From Gammaproteobacteria bacterium (GTDB lineage: Bacteria; Pseudomonadota; Gammaproteobacteria; JBCCGL01), in contig OZ255836.1 of NCBI GenBank assembly GCA_965277715.1, positions 480,001 through 544,000 of the forward strand: DNA of 64,000 nt. The letters are read 5' to 3'. Positions 60,082 through 64,000 of the stretch are shown one piece after another (within the stretch, counting starts at the first letter, position 1; each line of letters opens with the position of its first letter). The translations under genes were made by a program, and so were the position numbers. The notes beneath the pieces were generated by a model that saw only the letters and a program-made list of their open reading frames with translations, searched no databases and was not told where the DNA came from.

Positions 60082-63067
60082 ACATTTTCTCCCCACTTGG
60101 GTCATACATGTGAGGCGAAATAATCTCAACCTCAATATTGCCTTTGCGCACCGGGTCCGCAGCGATTACCGTCTTGCCCGCCCAGGCTTCGTGGCCACTG
60201 GATATAAACCCAAGCCCAATCCAATGACCGAGTGCCGGTGAATGCGTCACAGCGGTAATCCAGCCTTCGCCCAGTCCAGATACATTATTCTGAGCACACA
60301 ATAGAGCACCGGCATTAAACGTCTGGTCAGTGTTTTTCGGTTTAATGCCGACCAGTCGCGGCCTGTCTTTGCGCATCAGCTCCGGGCGGTTGCGCATGGT
60401 ACTGCCGATAAATGATTTGTTCGGTGACGCCATTTTACCCAGCCCGGCATCATCTATCGTGACACGGCCATCGAGCTCTGCGCCGGTGACATGGCCTTTT
60501 TCAATGCGTAACGCACCCAGCGCTTCAAGGCCGTAAAAGCAACCATCCAGAGGTTCCGCTGCGGACCATAGCAAGTCCATCATCGCGTTGGCGTAATCAG
60601 ACGGCACATAGGCCTCGAATGCCATTTCACCGGAGAAGCTGATACGCGCAATGCGCACCGGGATACCGCCTTTTAAGGTGGTTTCGATCACACCCATAAA
60701 CGGAAACACATCATTCGACATCACCGCCGCATCGTCCACACAGGCCTCCAGCACGGCGCGGGACTGTGGACCGGCAACCGCACAGCCCGCCCACTGCTCG
60801 GAAACCGAGGTGACGTGCACACGCAGATTCTGCCAGCGCGTTTGCAGTAGCTCTTCCAGCCAGACCATGACCTTACCGGCGTGGGCGGTTGTCGTCGTCA
60901 TAAAGTAATCGGTCTCAGATAAACGCCAGGTCGTGCCATCGTCCATAACGATGCCATCGTCGCGCAGCATAATGCCGTATCGCGCCTTGCCAATCGGCAG
61001 TTTGGCAAAGGGGTTGGTATAGATACGGTTGAGAAATTCGGTGGTGTCCGGCCCCTGAATGGCAATTTTTCCCAGTGATGTCACGTCGCATAAACCCACC
61101 GTGCGCCGCACGGTTTCAGCCTCGCGCACGTAAGCCTCGCTAATGCCCTCACCACTGCGGGCAAAATACCAGGGGCGATGCCATAGCCCGGCCATCGTCA
61201 TTGTCGCGCCGTGGTCGAGGTTCCAGTCGTGCATGGGGGTGCGCCGTAACGGGCGGAAGTGTTGATCGACATTGCGGCCTTTCAATGCCCCGATTGAGAT
61301 CGGCGTATACGGTGGCCTGAACGTCGTGGTGCCGACCTCGGGAATCTCCTTGCCCTGTGCTTTGGCCATCAGCGCCAGGCCGATGATGTTGCCGACCTTG
61401 CCGCCATCGGTGGCCATGCCCAGGGTGGTATAGCGTTTTAGGTGCTCGACCGAGACAAAACCTTCGCGGTGTGCGAGGTGCACGTCGTCGGTGGTGACAT
61501 CGTGTTGCGGGTCGACAAAGCTTTTCAACTTGCGCCCAGGCACGGTGACCTCGTACAGTGGCTGGATGGGGTTTTCCCAACCGCCGACACCCGGCGCCTT
61601 CTTTTGACGAATAGTCCCACCGAGTGCCTTTACCGCTTTGGCCGCCGCAGACTGGCCTGAGCTAATGCAGTCTGCGGTATTCCAGCGTGCCGCCGCCGAA
61701 CCCGCCATATAAATCGGTTCATCAATGGATTCCGGTGCGACGAAACAGGCCTGTTCAGCGTCCCACACCGGCTTAATGCCGCGATGTGATAACAAATGCA
61801 CAACCGGGGACCACCCCCCTGAGACCAACACCAGATCGCACGGCTCCGTGCCATGCGCCGACCAGCCAGCGCTGTCGGCAACGGCAAAATCGAGGCCGCT
61901 TACCGTGCGCCAGCCCCGGCTCTGTAGCGGTGCTGATCGCGTGTGCACATTCACCCCGTTCTCACCGACGAGGCGCAGCAACGATTCCGCTATCACCGTT
62001 CTGGCGTCCAGCAAACTGACATCGGCCCCCGCACCGGCGAGCGCCGCCGCCGTCGCATAGGCCGAATCGTTATTCGTGGCAACGACGATATTCTGGCCCG
62101 CCAGCACGGCGTAACGGTTCAGATAAGCCAAACCGGCAGAGGCATTCATCACCCCTGGGCGGTCATTGTTGCCAAAGGCGATTTGCCGCTCTAATGCACC
62201 CGTTGCCAGAATTGTTTGTTTGGCGCGAATCGTCCAGAAACGGTGCCGGGGCAGGTGCCTGTCCGCATGTGGCATATGGTCGGTAACGCGTTCGAGCAGA
62301 CCGGCGACACCACAATCGTAAAGCCCAAAAGCCGTGGTGTGCGTCATTGTGCGCGCCCCGGCTTTTTCCAGTTGCGCAATCGTATCCAGGCGTTGCTTTT
62401 CCGATGCCGCGTCGGACTGGTTCAACCAGTCACCGCCGAGCATATGATCCTGTTCGACCAGCAAAACATCCAAACCGGTTTCCGCCGCTGTCAACGCGGC
62501 CGACAAACCCGCCGGGCCGGAACCCACCACCAGCAGGTCGCAAAACCCCTGCGCATGATCGTAGATATCCGGGTCGGCCTCTCGCGACGCCTCGCCCATA
62601 CCGGCGGCCTTGCGGATGATGCTTTCGTACTTCATCCATAAGCCGGTGCCCTTACCCCATTCCATCGGTGGCAGACCCATAAAGGTCTTGTAATAGAAAC
62701 CCGCCGAAAAGAAACGGCTGAATAAACCACTCACCGCGCCGCAGTCAAAGCGCACATTCGGCCAGGCATTCTGGCCACTGGCCACCAGGCCGGGGTAGAG
62801 CGCCTGCAGCGTCGCCTTCACATTCGGGTCGCGCCGGTTGCCCTCGCCAACCGTTACCATGGCACCCGACTCCTCGACCCCCGCCGACATAATCCCGCGT
62901 GGCCGGTGGTATTTAAAACTGCGTCCCAGCACGGTTTCGCCATTTGCCATCAATGCCGATGCCAGCGAGTCACCTTCGTAACCGCTCATGCTGTTGCCGT
63001 CCCAGCTAAATCGGATAGCTTTATCCCGGTTAATGCGGCCCCCCTGGCGTAAGCGTTTTGCGCTCAT
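60074..63067 (-). CDS. soxA: Sarcosine oxidase alpha subunit
   Basis: GRSFKYHRPRG, AGFYYKTFM, EHLKRYTTLGMATD.GK, GcvT-like C-terminus. Confidence 0.95.
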   Translation of the reverse strand: MSAKRLRQGGRINRDKAIRFSWDGNSMSGYEGDSLASALMANGETVLGRSFKYHRPRGIMSAGVEESGAMVTVGEGNRRDPNVKATLQALYPGLVASGQNAWPNVRFDCGAVSGLFSRFFSAGFYYKTFMGLPPMEWGKGTGLWMKYESIIRKAAGMGEASREADPDIYDHAQGFCDLLVVGSGPAGLSAALTAAETGLDVLLVEQDHMLGGDWLNQSDAASEKQRLDTIAQLEKAGARTMTHTTAFGLYDCGVAGLLERVTDHMPHADRHLPRHRFWTIRAKQTILATGALERQIAFGNNDRPGVMNASAGLAYLNRYAVLAGQNIVVATNNDSAYATAAALAGAGADVSLLDARTVIAESLLRLVGENGVNVHTRSAPLQSRGWRTVSGLDFAVADSAGWSAHGTEPCDLVLVSGGWSPVVHLLSHRGIKPVWDAEQACFVAPESIDEPIYMAGSAAARWNTADCISSGQSAAAKAVKALGGTIRQKKAPGVGGWENPIQPLYEVTVPGRKLKSFVDPQHDVTTDDVHLAHREGFVSVEHLKRYTTLGMATDGGKVGNIIGLALMAKAQGKEIPEVGTTTFRPPYTPISIGALKGRNVDQHFRPLRRTPMHDWNLDHGATMTMAGLWHRPWYFARSGEGISEAYVREAETVRRTVGLCDVTSLGKIAIQGPDTTEFLNRIYTNPFAKLPIGKARYGIMLRDDGIVMDDGTTWRLSETDYFMTTTTAHAGKVMVWLEELLQTRWQNLRVHVTSVSEQWAGCAVAGPQSRAVLEACVDDAAVMSNDVFPFMGVIETTLKGGIPVRIARISFSGEMAFEAYVPSDYANAMMDLLWSAAEPLDGCFYGLEALGALRIEKGHVTGAELDGRVTIDDAGLGKMASPNKSFIGSTMRNRPELMRKDRPRLVGIKPKNTDQTFNAGALLCAQNNVSGLGEGWITAVTHSPALGHWIGLGFISSGHEAWAGKTVIAADPVRKGNIEVEIISPHMYDPSGEKMYG

Positions 63068-63363
63068 TGTTCACCTCCTGCAGGCTGCGCCGATAGCACT
63101 GATGCATTGCCGTCGTGCGCCGGGCGCACCGATTTAATGTCATGCGACAGCGTGTCGCGCTCGACCACCAGCCACATGCGGCAACCACTGACGTGATGCC
63201 AGGTTTCCGATTGCATACCGCGAATATTTTCACGCATAAAAATCGCATCGTGCCACGCGTCTACATCGGCATCGAGTGCGGGATAAACAATTGAGGCATC
63301 GCCACCGTAACTGAATTCGGTGTGATCGCGCTCACCACAAAAAGGACAATTGATTCTAATCAT
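63064..63363 (-). CDS. soxD: Sarcosine oxidase delta subunit
   Basis: CPFCGERD..EF.YGG, W.H..GCR.W...RDT. Confidence 0.95.
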   Translation of the reverse strand: MIRINCPFCGERDHTEFSYGGDASIVYPALDADVDAWHDAIFMRENIRGMQSETWHHVSGCRMWLVVERDTLSHDIKSVRPAHDGNASVLSAQPAGGEQ

Positions 63364-63374
63364 GTCTATTCACC

Positions 63375-64000
63375 CTAACCGTGCAACTTGGGATCGGGTC
63401 CCGCACCGCGTTCATCGATGATAACGCCGCGTTTGAAACGGCCAAGATCAAACTGGTCGATCACCGGGTCCGGGCGATCATTGGCGATCAAATCGGCAAA
63501 ATACCACCCCGAACCCGGGCTGGCTTTAAACCCGCCATAGTTCCAACCGGCATTCAGATAGAGATTATCCAGCGGGGTTTTGCAAATAAACGCCGAGCCA
63601 TCCATCGACATATCCATCACCCCCGACCAGTGGCGCAACAGCCGCACCCGACCGAGGCAGGGCAGGATTGCCGTCGCGCATTCGGCGACATCCTGCACCA
63701 CCGGTAAATTGCCACGCTGTGCATAGGACTTGTAAAAATCGAGATCGCCACCGAACACCATGCCGCCCTTATCCGATTGTGAAATATAAAAATGCGCGCC
63801 ACCGATGCCATAGACAACAACGTGATCGAGGAGCGGCTTTAAAGGCTCAGAGACAAACGCCTGCAACTTATGGCTCTCAATCGGCAGGTTGCCAAGCCCG
63901 GCCATTTGCCACAGCCGGGAGGTATTGCCCGCCACCGCAAACCCGACTTTGTGCGCAGCGATCCGCCCACGGCTGGTTTCCAGTGCGGTCACCCTGCCAT
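63375..64000 (-). CDS. soxB: Sarcosine oxidase beta subunit, 3' part
   Basis: LPIESH.LQA.VSEPLKP, SQSDKGG, SYAQRG, GGFKA.PGSG. Confidence 0.93.
   Translation of the reverse strand, partial: GRVTALETSRGRIAAHKVGFAVAGNTSRLWQMAGLGNLPIESHKLQAFVSEPLKPLLDHVVVYGIGGAHFYISQSDKGGMVFGGDLDFYKSYAQRGNLPVVQDVAECATAILPCLGRVRLLRHWSGVMDMSMDGSAFICKTPLDNLYLNAGWNYGGFKASPGSGWYFADLIANDRPDPVIDQFDLGRFKRGVIIDERGAGPDPKLHG

Noticed and set aside
59512-64000. sox genes as sulfur oxidation
   Set aside because: Motifs and B-D-A-G order identify heterotetrameric sarcosine oxidase

Overview
The window has two compartments. Bases 1-23636 are most of an integrated mobile element whose right boundary is a 3' fragment of tRNA-Ser(TGA) (att duplication, 23576-23636). 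A XerC/D-type integrase runs off the left edge. The island carries two separate pairs of VirD4/TraD-like ATPase plus replication-relaxation (MOBC-like) protein, but I see no mating-pore genes. It also holds a second tyrosine recombinase, a family of coiled-coil tail-anchored paralogs, TacAT and VapBC toxin-antitoxin pairs, methyltransferases and low-GC cargo. A roughly 800-bp non-coding block is packed with hairpins, a perfect 17-bp inverted repeat and paired DnaA boxes. Island genes mostly lack Shine-Dalgarno motifs, unlike the host genes. Bases 23637-64000 look like a gammaproteobacterial chromosome. They contain an unassigned catabolic cluster (Rieske oxygenase, HisC-like aminotransferase, ComDE-like decarboxylase, DUF1116/AllG-like protein, two unknown paralogs) and a nested ISL3-in-IS4 remnant. 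They also contain an amidinotransferase, yjgA/pmbA/bolA/NRDE, murA-hisG-aroG-hisD, ugpBAEC, a Pot-like ABC/enolase/MocR locus, a palindromic MITE-like repeat, a secreted metalloprotease lipoprotein and soxBDAG. All family calls come from motif recognition by eye; no searches were run.
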